Assembly: GCA_013298325.1 (NCBI GenBank)
Contig: JAAFHJ010000001.1
Location: 1-36,478 of the forward strand
DNA length: 36,478 bases
From: Myxococcales bacterium
GTDB taxonomy: Bacteria; Myxococcota_A; Polyangia; Polyangiales; Polyangiaceae
Direction of reading: 5' to 3'
Shown: positions 7,678 to 15,893 of the stretch, piece after piece
Numbering within the stretch: the first letter of the stretch is position 1
Layout of the letters: each line of letters starts with the position of its first letter
Notes under the pieces: generated by a model
Databases searched by the model: none
What the model was told of the DNA's origin: nothing
Seen by the model: only the letters and a program-made list of their open reading frames with translations
Made by a program: the position numbers and the translations under genes

Positions 7678-9017
7678 TTCTGCGCCGGGTTCGCGATGCG
7701 TCCGAAGAAGAAGAGCGTGCCGTTCTTCGGGTTGCGGACGAGGAAGAGGAACGGGCGATCGGCCTTGAACGCGACCGGCATCACGATGCCTCGTGTCGCC
7801 ATGACCACCGCGGTAGCGGCGGCCGCCTCGGTCCCCTCTTCGTCGACGGCGACGAAGGTCTTGTGGAAGACGTCACTGATTTTCAAACCGGGCTTTTCCG
7901 TAGAAATGCCTGAAAAATCAGCATTATCTGCGAATGCGTTACTGATTCCGAGCGCCTGAAGCTGGGGCTTCACAGAGCCGCCCCACCCAAAGGTGAACTT
8001 GGGAAGCGCAAGTGCAACCTGCATCGATTGCCCCGTCGCATCGAGGGTGGAAAGGTGGTCGGCGAGGCCGGTTGCCGACCACTCCTCCAACGACTTACCG
8101 GTGGGCGGGAGGATGAACGTCGCGACGAGCTGGGAGCCGGCGTAGGGGACGTCGACGGCAAGTGCGCCGTCGTCGAACTTCGCAACCCGGTACTCGCCGG
8201 TCTTGTGCATCGTCGGCACCTTCACCGAGCCGCTCGGCGCCGCGAAGGGCTCGTCGACGGTCGCCTTCTTGTCGAAGGGCTTTTCCCACGTCCCCTTGAA
8301 ATACACGGCGTTGGTGAGAACGACCCGGGTCTCCTGGGTGAGGGAGCCCTTCGGCAGGAGCTCGCTAATCTTGTCGTTCGTCGCCGACGAAACCCACTTG
8401 TTGATCGTCCCGCGGGAGGCCTCCGCACCGGTCCGAAAATCGGTGAACTCCTGGCCGAGGTCCTTCGGGCCGTTGCCGAAGGCGACGTGAACGTTCTCGA
8501 ACCAGGCCTCCTCGACCTTCGACTGCTTGTCGACCCAAACCTTGTTCGCGACCTTCAGCGTCGCCTTGCCGGCGGCAGCGACGTTCTCCGCGCGTTCTGC
8601 CTTTTCGGCGGCGGCAAACGCCTTGCCGTCCCCCTGCAACCCGAGCGCCTTTGCGAGTTCGTCGGCAGTCTGCCCCTTTGCGCCAAGCCAGGCCATGGCG
8701 AGCGCTTCGCGAAGGTTTTCGGGGGCATAGAGGAAGTTCTTCCCTTTCGCCGACGCATCGACCTTCGCATACAGCGACGCGGCGAACGCGGCCGACTTGG
8801 ACGGCTGCGGACCAACCGGCAACCCGGGCGGGGCGTGGTCGCTCGGGAGCGAGACGGGGGCCGAAGCGGTCGAGGACGGGGCGGCGCTCGGGGGCGCGCT
8901 CGGAGCTGCAGACGGGGCTGCGTCCGACGCGCGCGGCGGCGGCTCCGAATGGCAAGCGGCGAGTCCACCGAGGGTGGCAGTGAGCGAGGCGGCGAGGAAG
9001 GCAAACGTGGTTTTCAT
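7674..9017 (-). CDS. Serpin-family protease inhibitor, lipoprotein-anchored
   Basis: Contains the serpin signatures NAVYFKGTWEKPFD, hinge/reactive-centre loop VDEEGTEAAAATAVVMATRGIVMP and FKADRPFLFLVRN. The start MKTTFAFLAASLTATLGGLAAC carries a lipobox and is followed by an Ala/Pro/Ser linker. AGGA lies upstream of ATG 9017-9015. The 688-aa track ORF (to 9740) is a false extension into the GT2 gene. Confidence 0.9.
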   Translation of the reverse strand: MKTTFAFLAASLTATLGGLAACHSEPPPRASDAAPSAAPSAPPSAAPSSTASAPVSLPSDHAPPGLPVGPQPSKSAAFAASLYAKVDASAKGKNFLYAPENLREALAMAWLGAKGQTADELAKALGLQGDGKAFAAAEKAERAENVAAAGKATLKVANKVWVDKQSKVEEAWFENVHVAFGNGPKDLGQEFTDFRTGAEASRGTINKWVSSATNDKISELLPKGSLTQETRVVLTNAVYFKGTWEKPFDKKATVDEPFAAPSGSVKVPTMHKTGEYRVAKFDDGALAVDVPYAGSQLVATFILPPTGKSLEEWSATGLADHLSTLDATGQSMQVALALPKFTFGWGGSVKPQLQALGISNAFADNADFSGISTEKPGLKISDVFHKTFVAVDEEGTEAAAATAVVMATRGIVMPVAFKADRPFLFLVRNPKNGTLFFFGRIANPAQK

Positions 9018-9093
9018 GGGGGTTCCTAAAGGGGGCTCGGAAGACGAGCCGCGGGGGAAAATCTTCAGCGAAGCGCGCAAAAAAAGAGGCGCA

Positions 9094-10047
9094 TCAGGTG
9101 CCTTTTTTGGACTTTTTTGCGCCGTAACGCTTGATCTCGAAAGGCCATAGAAGTTTGCCGAGACCGGCGGCCATTTCGGCCAGCGCTTCAGTCTCTTTGT
9201 GGGATTGACGACGGGTCTTTGCGGCCCCCCACTTGAGCGCAGCAACGCTCGCCTGTCCGGCGCCGAGCCCCATAAAGAGGGCAACCTCGAAGGGGGCGCG
9301 GAGCTTCGAGCCGCGGAGGTGCATGCGGGTCCGTACCTGGCCGCTTCCGAAGCGACGTTCCAGGAGAAAGCGGACCGTCGCGCGGCTCTCGGGGATGAAC
9401 TCGCGGATCTTCGCACCTGGCACCCAGAGCGATATTTTCCGGGCGCCGTGCATCGCGCGGAAAAAGGCAGTGTCCTCGCCACCGAGGCGGCCGAGCGCAA
9501 GATCGAAGGGGGCGCCGGTCCCGAAAACCGCCGAGACGGCCGAGCGCCGAACGAGAACGCCCCCCGTCGAGAGCCCCGGTCGATGCTCCTTGCGCAGTTC
9601 CCCTTCGGCATCCGGATAGGTCCGCGCGAACAGCCGGAGCCACGCATCTTGAGGCTCGGGAATTGCCCCCTCGAAGACGGCTTCAATCGCAGAAAACGCG
9701 AGGTCTCCTTTAAACGTTTCGAGGGCTCGATGCAGCTCACTCAAGAAACACTTATCGGCCTCTTGGTCGTCATCAAGGAGACAAAGAAACTCCCCCTTCG
9801 CCTCTCGAAACGCCGTATTTCTTACTGCGGCAACTCCAGGAGTTTTTTCCTGGACGTAGCGCACAGGAATCGGTGCATTCGCCGCTATTTCAAGGACGGT
9901 CGCTTCTGCACTTCCGGCACCGTCGTTGTCGACGACGATGAGTTCGTCCTGGGCGCCATCCAGCCCCTCTTGGGCGAGCAGGCTCAGGAGGGCTCGGCGG
10001 AGCGGCTCGGGACGGCGGTAGGTCGGGACGAGGATCGAAAAGCGCAT
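9094..10047 (-). CDS. Family 2 glycosyltransferase
   Basis: The start MRFSILVPTYRRPEPLRRALLSLLAQ is typical of GT2 N-termini. Also contains VVDNDG and the LLDDDQ (DxD) motif. The C-terminus is basic (KKSKKGT). The start could alternatively be at 10068. The N-terminal half looks lower in GC. Confidence 0.85.
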   Translation of the reverse strand: MRFSILVPTYRRPEPLRRALLSLLAQEGLDGAQDELIVVDNDGAGSAEATVLEIAANAPIPVRYVQEKTPGVAAVRNTAFREAKGEFLCLLDDDQEADKCFLSELHRALETFKGDLAFSAIEAVFEGAIPEPQDAWLRLFARTYPDAEGELRKEHRPGLSTGGVLVRRSAVSAVFGTGAPFDLALGRLGGEDTAFFRAMHGARKISLWVPGAKIREFIPESRATVRFLLERRFGSGQVRTRMHLRGSKLRAPFEVALFMGLGAGQASVAALKWGAAKTRRQSHKETEALAEMAAGLGKLLWPFEIKRYGAKKSKKGT

Positions 10048-10112
10048 GGCGGCGGCACGGTAAAGCACTTGGTCAAAGACTGCTCGCCGTTTCCGCGCCC
10101 CCAGCCACGAGT

Positions 10113-10775
10113 CTAACGGCGCGGAATGGCGATCCTGCCCATCTTCGGCGGCGGCGGACTCGCGATCTCGCCCATGAGGTGCTGAACGATGGGCGGCTGC
10201 GGAGGGGGCGGAGGCCGACGAACCGGCGGCGCGACCGTGGCGGGGACATCGGGCGTGCCGAGGGGATCGGTCGGCCGCGTGTTGCCGCCGCCGAGGACAT
10301 GGGGCGGAACCTCGTCATCGCCCACCACGTGCCACGAGCGATCGAGGGCATCCGTGGTCGCCGACGGCGATGGTGTCGAACAGGACTCCCCCTCATGCGT
10401 CTCTGCGGCGTGATTGGTGCATGCTGCAAGCAATAGCGGCACCGCGAAGGCGAACTTTTCGAGGCGCTTGGCCGACGAAACCACCGGCAACGCCCGCCTC
10501 GACGAAGGGCCGATGGAGGCCGCCGGAAGCGCGGGGCGCGGCGCCGCAAACACAATATTTCCGGACGCATCGAGGCCATACCGGACACAGGTCGTCCCCT
10601 CGGACCGCCGTGCTGCGAGCTGGGCATCCGCCTCGTCGGCGGTCATCGACGACAGGTCAAGTACCTGCATATTGCAAGAATCGCAGTGACGCCCGTGGGG
10701 GCGCGGCGTCATCGCGTCCCACGCCTCGTGACACGGTTCCGAGATCGCCAGATCGCTCGCGCTCAGTTTCGTCAT
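10113..10775 (-). CDS. Membrane protein with an N-terminal Cys-rich zinc-ribbon-like motif and a Pro-rich C-terminal region
   Basis: The start is MTKLSASDLAISEPCHEAWDAMTPRPHGRHCDSCNMQVLDLS (C-x22-C-x2-C motif). One TM segment follows (FAFAVPLLLAAC), then a Pro-rich tract (PPVRRPPPPPQPP) and a terminal HLMGEIASPPPPKMGRIAIP. Confidence 0.6.
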   Translation of the reverse strand: MTKLSASDLAISEPCHEAWDAMTPRPHGRHCDSCNMQVLDLSSMTADEADAQLAARRSEGTTCVRYGLDASGNIVFAAPRPALPAASIGPSSRRALPVVSSAKRLEKFAFAVPLLLAACTNHAAETHEGESCSTPSPSATTDALDRSWHVVGDDEVPPHVLGGGNTRPTDPLGTPDVPATVAPPVRRPPPPPQPPIVQHLMGEIASPPPPKMGRIAIPRR

Positions 10776-10807
10776 GGGCGCTCTTACGGACGCCACGCAC
10801 AAAGGAT

Positions 10808-11875
10808 CTAGCGGAGCGCAGGATCGCGCCACCAGGCCTTCTGGCGCCCGTTTAGGAGATCGAGGGGCTCAAAGGGTTCTCCGATCTGGGGGAAAAGAAG
10901 GGGGAGATCTTGCGATTCGTAGTGGCCGAAGAGAACTTCACCCGGTTCGCGCCAGGGGTGCAAACCGAGATTGAACGTCGCCCAGTGAACAGGCAAAAGT
11001 GGGCCACCACCGAGCAGCTTGTGCGCTTCCAGGGCATTCTCAGGGCCGAGATGAATCGTGCCCCAGCTTGGATGGAAAGCGCCCACCTCGAGCATCACAA
11101 GATCGAAGGGACCGAACTTCGCGAGCGCCTCCATCTCAGGGAAAAGGCCGGTGTCTCCACTAAAAAAGACCTTATGGTTCGCCGTTTCGACGACGAACGA
11201 AGACCACAAGGTCTTGTTACGATCGCCGACGCTTCGACCAGAAAAGTGCTGGCAAGGGAGCGCCCGGAAACGAATTTCCCCTCCAAATAGGGAGACATTT
11301 TCGTCCCAATCGAGTTCGGTAATCTTCCCGCGGCGCACTCCGAGTGACTCAAGCCGTGCGCCGACGCCGAGCGACGTAACAATTGGAATTTCTCGCGCGG
11401 CAAAGCTCGCGATCGTCTCCGCGCAGAGGTGGTCGTAGTGGTCGTGGGAGAGGAGGACCACGTCGACCGGGATTGCCGCGGCGACGAGGGGGACCTCGTG
11501 GAACCGACGGGGGCCGGCAAAGGGGACCGGCGAGGCCCGCTCGCCAAACACCGGATCGGTAAGCACTCGAAGGCGCTTCCCTTTTACGGTTTCGAGTTCG
11601 AGCAAGACGGAGCTGTGCCCGAGCCACGTCGTGCGTACGCCGGCGCCGCAAGGGCGCGACCAGCCGGCGCGCGGGTCGACCACAGGAAGCGGCGTCTTCG
11701 GTTCCCGATCGGCGGACCCTCGAAAAAATTCGAGGATCGTGCCGATCGAAGGGCGCGGCTCGGCGAGGCGGGCGCGGTTCCGAAAGCGACCTGTTTCGCG
11801 ATCGAACTGGGGGGAAGCGGCGACGCGCTCGCCTCGAAGTCCTTCAAATTTAGGGAGTTGAGCTGCGAGGTTCAC
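10808..11875 (-). CDS. MBL-fold metallo-hydrolase (NAPE-PLD-like subgroup)
   Basis: Contains the VVLLSHDHYDHL HxHxDH zinc motif, preceded by WLGHSSVLLE...LTDPVF. The GTG start at 11875-11873 overlaps the OYE stop (GTGA). The upstream part of the track ORF (to 12259) overlaps the OYE gene and is Arg-rich junk. Confidence 0.8.
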   Translation of the reverse strand: MNLAAQLPKFEGLRGERVAASPQFDRETGRFRNRARLAEPRPSIGTILEFFRGSADREPKTPLPVVDPRAGWSRPCGAGVRTTWLGHSSVLLELETVKGKRLRVLTDPVFGERASPVPFAGPRRFHEVPLVAAAIPVDVVLLSHDHYDHLCAETIASFAAREIPIVTSLGVGARLESLGVRRGKITELDWDENVSLFGGEIRFRALPCQHFSGRSVGDRNKTLWSSFVVETANHKVFFSGDTGLFPEMEALAKFGPFDLVMLEVGAFHPSWGTIHLGPENALEAHKLLGGGPLLPVHWATFNLGLHPWREPGEVLFGHYESQDLPLLFPQIGEPFEPLDLLNGRQKAWWRDPALR

Positions 11876-12984
11876 GGACGCGTTCTCCGATCCGGCGTGG
11901 CGCCGGGCCCGGCGGGGACGGCACGCTCGTAGGGGCGCGGCCATGCGGCGGAGACCCCAAGCGTCGCCGCGGCGCGGAGCGGCCAGTAGGGGTCCCGCAG
12001 GAGCTCGCGTGCGAGGAGGACCGCATCGGCCTGCCCGCTGGCGACGATGGCGTCGGCCTGAGCGGCCTCGGTGATCAAGCCGACGGCGCCGGTCGCGATG
12101 CCAGCCTCGGCGCGAATTTTTGCAGCAAACGGGACCTGGTAGCCGGGGCCCACCGGAATTTTCACGCCCGGGAGGGCGCCGCCGCTGGAGCAGTCGATGA
12201 AGTCGACGCCGAGCGTCTTCGCGATACATGCAATTTGCACACTTTGTTCGACCGTCCACGAGGGGCGCGACGGCTCTTCGAATTCAAGCCAATCGGTCGC
12301 CGAAATCCTCAAAAATACGGGAAAATGCGCCGGCCACGCCGCACGGACCGCGGCGATGGTGGCGCGGAGGAGGCGCGTGCGGTTTTCGAAGGATCCGCCA
12401 TAGTCGTCGGTCCGCGTGTTGACCGCCGGCGAAAGGAACTGGTGGAGCAGGTAGCCGTGGGCGGCGTGGATCTCTACGACCTGAAAGCCGGCCGCGCGCG
12501 CCCGGTGGGCGGCGGCAGCAAATTGTGCAGGAATCGCTTCAATTTCAGCGATTGAGAGGGCGCGTGGCGTCGGATAATCGGACGCGAAAGGCTCACTGGT
12601 CGGAGAGACCGGCGTCCATGCCTCGCTCGCGGGGAGCGGGTTTTTGTCCCAGCCGCGGGCCGTCGAACCTTTGCGGCCAGCGTGAGCGAGCTGGATCGCA
12701 GGGACTGCCCCCTGGTCGGAAACAAACGCTGCAATCGGCGCAAGCGCTTGCGCCTGGTCGTCGTTCCACAAACCGAGATCTCCGGGCGAAATCCGCCCGT
12801 CTTCCGCGACGGCGGTCGCCTCGACCATCACCAGCGCGGCCCCACCAACGGCGCGACTCCCGAGGTGCACGAGGTGCCACGCATCGGCGAGCCCGTCCTT
12901 CGCTGCGTACTGGCACATCGGCGAGACGAAGATCCGATTCTTGAGGGTGAGTTCGCGGAGGACGAGCGGTTCGAAAAGCGGCAT
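11872..12984 (-). CDS. NADH:flavin oxidoreductase, Old Yellow Enzyme family (YqjM/NamA-like)
   Basis: The start MPLFEPLVLRELTLKNRIFVSPMCQY is the typical OYE N-terminus. Also contains HAAHGYLLHQFLSP, RTDDYGGSFENR and GLITEAAQADAIV. The start is at ATG 12984-12982. Confidence 0.9.
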   Translation of the reverse strand: MPLFEPLVLRELTLKNRIFVSPMCQYAAKDGLADAWHLVHLGSRAVGGAALVMVEATAVAEDGRISPGDLGLWNDDQAQALAPIAAFVSDQGAVPAIQLAHAGRKGSTARGWDKNPLPASEAWTPVSPTSEPFASDYPTPRALSIAEIEAIPAQFAAAAHRARAAGFQVVEIHAAHGYLLHQFLSPAVNTRTDDYGGSFENRTRLLRATIAAVRAAWPAHFPVFLRISATDWLEFEEPSRPSWTVEQSVQIACIAKTLGVDFIDCSSGGALPGVKIPVGPGYQVPFAAKIRAEAGIATGAVGLITEAAQADAIVASGQADAVLLARELLRDPYWPLRAAATLGVSAAWPRPYERAVPAGPGATPDRRTRP

Positions 12985-13229
12985 TGGCGCCGTCGCTAGC
13001 AAACGGTCCGCCGACCGCGAATGCGAGCGATCGGCGAAGGGCGCAAATTCTGGGGAATCACCGGCCAGGCACGCAAAGCCTGCATCCCGCAACTACTTAA
13101 ATTTGCAAGGAGCACGTCCGTAGCGTCGATCCCCGCGGAAATACCTGACGAATTGCGTCAGGAACCGGCAGGGCCATCCCGCGGGTCTCGACGAATTCAC
13201 GGAGAAATCGCGAGAATACTTGGAGATTG

Positions 13230-13277
13230 CATCAATCTGTAGTGTTGCCGAAGGGGCGTCACCACGATAGGTAGTGG
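13230..13277 (+). promoter_or_regulatory. Candidate tandem NrdR boxes upstream of nrdA
   Basis: catcaatctgtagtgt (13230-13245) and ccacgataggtagtgg (13262-13277) each match 11/16 positions of the NrdR-box consensus acaCwAtATaTwGtgt. Their centres are 32 bp apart. They share the GTAGTG half-site at 13239 and 13271. They lie 136-183 nt upstream of the nrdA ATG. Confidence 0.3.
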
Positions 13278-13412
13278 GTACCGGTCGATACGGAACAAAT
13301 GTTCGGCGATGCCAACGCCGCTCTCGTTCTTCGCTGCCGCTCCTGGCCCGCTGCTCCGTGGCAGCCGGCGCGTGCGGTGTGGTGCCGGCACCCCCTCGCC
13401 ACGAGAGCCCCG

Positions 13413-15893
13413 ATGAGCCTGTCGACCTGGAATTCCCGCGACCCGAAGAACGCCCTCGACCTCCGTGACGGAAGCGGCCAGTCGACCTCTTTTGATGTCG
13501 CCAAGGCGACCGAGCGCCTCGCCCAACGCGCGCGCTTTGCGGCCCGTCCGGTCCCCGACGTCGACGTCGGTCGCGTCGCCGCGAAGACCCTCGATGGCCT
13601 CTACTCGGGGGCCCCCCTCGCCGCCTTTGACACGCTCGCCGTCAACGAAGCGGCCGCATTTGTTGCCGAAGAGCCGAACTACGGTCGCTTCGCAGCGTCC
13701 CTGTTGACCGCATCCCTGGAAGACGAAGTCCGCAGCACCGGGGCAACGAGCTTCCTCCAGGGGCTCACGATTGCCTGCGAGCAGGGCCTCGTGCGCAAGG
13801 ATCTGGTTGCGTTCGTCGGCCGCCACGAGGAGGCGCTCAATGCGCTCCTCGTCGATGCGCTCGGTGGCGAGCGATTTATCGCCTTTGATTATTTCGGCCT
13901 TCGTACCGTGTACGACCGCTACTTGTTGCGCCATCCGACGCTGCGAATCCCCCTTGAGACGGCGCCGCGTTTCTTCCTCCGCATCGCCTGCGCTCTCTCC
14001 TTGGGGACTCCGACGAACACGGTCCGCGCCGAGCGCGCCCTCGCCGATGCGACCGATCTCTTCGGACTTTTTGCAGAACTCGCCTACCTGCCCAGCTCAC
14101 CGACGCTCTTCAATTCGGGGACGATGCACGAGCAGCTCTCCAGCTGCTTCCTGCTCGACTCGCCGGAAGACAAGCTCGAAGACATCTACCGGAAGTACAC
14201 CGACGTCGCGCTTCTTTCGAAGTTCTCGGGCGGTATCGGCCTCGCCTTCCACCGCGTCCGTTCCCGCGGGTCTTTGATCGTTAGCACCAACGGTCATTCG
14301 AACGGGATCGTCCCCTGGCTGAAGACCCTCGATGCGAGCGTCGCCGCCGTCAATCAAGGCGGTAAGCGCAAAGGGGCCTGCTGCGTCTACCTGGAGAACT
14401 GGCACGCCGATATCGAGGAATTCCTCGAACTTCGCGAGAACACCGGGGATGACGCTCGCCGTACCCACAATCTCAATCTCGCCAACTGGATCAGCGATCT
14501 GTTCTTCCGCCGCGTCGAAGCGGACGAAGAATGGTCCTTGTTCGACCCGAAGACGGTCCCCGAATTCCCCGATCTGTACGGCGAAGCCTTCGAAGCGGCC
14601 TACGTCGCCGCAGAAAAAGCTGGGAAGGCCGTCAAAAAGATGCGCGCGCGTGACCTCTATGCCCGGATGATGCGCACCCTCGCGCAGACCGGAAATGGCT
14701 GGATCACCTTCAAAGATGCTTCCAACCGCGCCTGCAACCAGACGGCGCTCCCGGGGCGGGTCGTCCATTTGTCGAATCTGTGCACGGAGATCCTTGAGGT
14801 CACCGACGCCGACGAGACCGCCGTTTGCAATCTCGGATCCATCCAGCTTGGTCGCCATTTGAAGAGGGGGTCCGATGGTACCCTCTCCTTCGACGACGAG
14901 ACGCTCGCGCGGACCGTCCGTATCGCCGTTCGCCAGCTCGATCGCGTGATTGATCGGAACCTCTACCCGATCGCGACGGCGAAGCATTCGAACCTCAAGT
15001 GGCGCCCCATCGGGCTCGGCGTGATGGGTCTTCAGGACCTGTTCTTCCAACTCGGCTACGCCTTCGATGCCCCGGAGGCGCGCGCGCTGTCCGCCCATGT
15101 GGCCGAGGAAATCTACTTCCACGCGCTCTCGGCATCCTGCGAACTCGCTGAAGAAGCAGAAGAAACTGCCGACCAGCCCTCCTTCGTGGCGCGCGGCCCC
15201 CACGCGACCTTCAAGGAGACACGCGCGGCACGCGGCGAACTCCAGTTCGACGCCTGGGGCATCACGCCGAAGGACACCGCCCGCTGGGACGCCCTCCGCG
15301 AGCGCATCAAGACCTCCGGGCTCCGCAACTCACTCCTCGTGGCGATCGCACCGACGGCGACGATCGCATCGATCGCCGGCGCCTATGAGTGCATCGAGCC
15401 CCAGCTCTCGAACCTCTTCAAGCGGGAGACGCTCTCCGGCGACTTCTTGCAGGTCAACCGTTACCTGGTTGGCGCATTGAAGGAGCGTGGCCTGTGGACC
15501 GATGACATGCGCAACAAGATCAAGCTCGCGGAAGGCTCCGTGCAGGCGATCGAGGAGATCCCTGCCGATTTGCGCCAGGTTTTCCGCACCGTCTGGGAGA
15601 TCCCGATGCGGTCGCTGATCGACATGGCGGCCGATCGCGGCGCCTTCATTGATCAGTCCCAGTCGCTGAATCTCTTCATGGAGACGCCGAACATTGGCGC
15701 CCTCTCTTCCATGTATTTCTACGCCTGGAAGAAGAAGCTGAAGACGACCTACTACCTCCGTTCCCGGCCGGCGACGCGCATCGCGAAGACGACGGTCCAC
15801 GAGAGCCCTGCGCCGGAAGTGAAGACCTTCAAGAGCGCCGAGGTCATCGCCTGCTCCCTCGAAAACCCCGAATCCTGCGAGGCGTGTCAATGA
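13413..15893 (+). CDS. nrdA: Ribonucleoside-diphosphate reductase, class I alpha subunit
   Basis: Contains an ATP-cone-like N-terminus (LRDGSGQSTSFDVAKATERL), FNSGT, the SSCFLL catalytic Cys, NLCTEI (Asn-x-Cys-x-Glu), IAPTATIASI and the C-terminal Cys pair CSLENPESCEACQ. I start it at MSLSTWN (ATG 13413). Confidence 0.92.
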   Translation: MSLSTWNSRDPKNALDLRDGSGQSTSFDVAKATERLAQRARFAARPVPDVDVGRVAAKTLDGLYSGAPLAAFDTLAVNEAAAFVAEEPNYGRFAASLLTASLEDEVRSTGATSFLQGLTIACEQGLVRKDLVAFVGRHEEALNALLVDALGGERFIAFDYFGLRTVYDRYLLRHPTLRIPLETAPRFFLRIACALSLGTPTNTVRAERALADATDLFGLFAELAYLPSSPTLFNSGTMHEQLSSCFLLDSPEDKLEDIYRKYTDVALLSKFSGGIGLAFHRVRSRGSLIVSTNGHSNGIVPWLKTLDASVAAVNQGGKRKGACCVYLENWHADIEEFLELRENTGDDARRTHNLNLANWISDLFFRRVEADEEWSLFDPKTVPEFPDLYGEAFEAAYVAAEKAGKAVKKMRARDLYARMMRTLAQTGNGWITFKDASNRACNQTALPGRVVHLSNLCTEILEVTDADETAVCNLGSIQLGRHLKRGSDGTLSFDDETLARTVRIAVRQLDRVIDRNLYPIATAKHSNLKWRPIGLGVMGLQDLFFQLGYAFDAPEARALSAHVAEEIYFHALSASCELAEEAEETADQPSFVARGPHATFKETRAARGELQFDAWGITPKDTARWDALRERIKTSGLRNSLLVAIAPTATIASIAGAYECIEPQLSNLFKRETLSGDFLQVNRYLVGALKERGLWTDDMRNKIKLAEGSVQAIEEIPADLRQVFRTVWEIPMRSLIDMAADRGAFIDQSQSLNLFMETPNIGALSSMYFYAWKKKLKTTYYLRSRPATRIAKTTVHESPAPEVKTFKSAEVIACSLENPESCEACQ

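Noticed and set aside
9018-9740. N-terminal extensions of track ORFs: serpin to 9740, phosphohexomutase to 3234, MBL hydrolase to 12259, OYE to 13092, PCP to 35795, protease to 6726.
   Set aside because: The extensions are Arg/Ser/Pro-rich, overlap neighbouring genes, and precede internal starts that give canonical N-termini (signal peptides, family-typical first residues, Shine-Dalgarno or 4-nt overlap). The shorter models are preferred.
13093-13412. Searched the nrdA upstream region for a cobalamin riboswitch, as is known upstream of some class I nrd operons.
   Set aside because: I could not find a B12-box-like core or the characteristic conserved stems. Only generic palindromes are present, including GGTGCCGGCACC at 13381-13392. 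Nothing supports a riboswitch by eye. An Rfam scan would be decisive.
13413-13700. Considered whether the NrdA N-terminal ATP-cone is degenerate (VxKRDG replaced by DLRDG).
   Set aside because: Aligned by eye to E. coli NrdA, the region keeps the RDG, the following F-D-x-x-K and the helical spacing. A single Lys-to-Leu change is not enough to claim loss of allosteric regulation.
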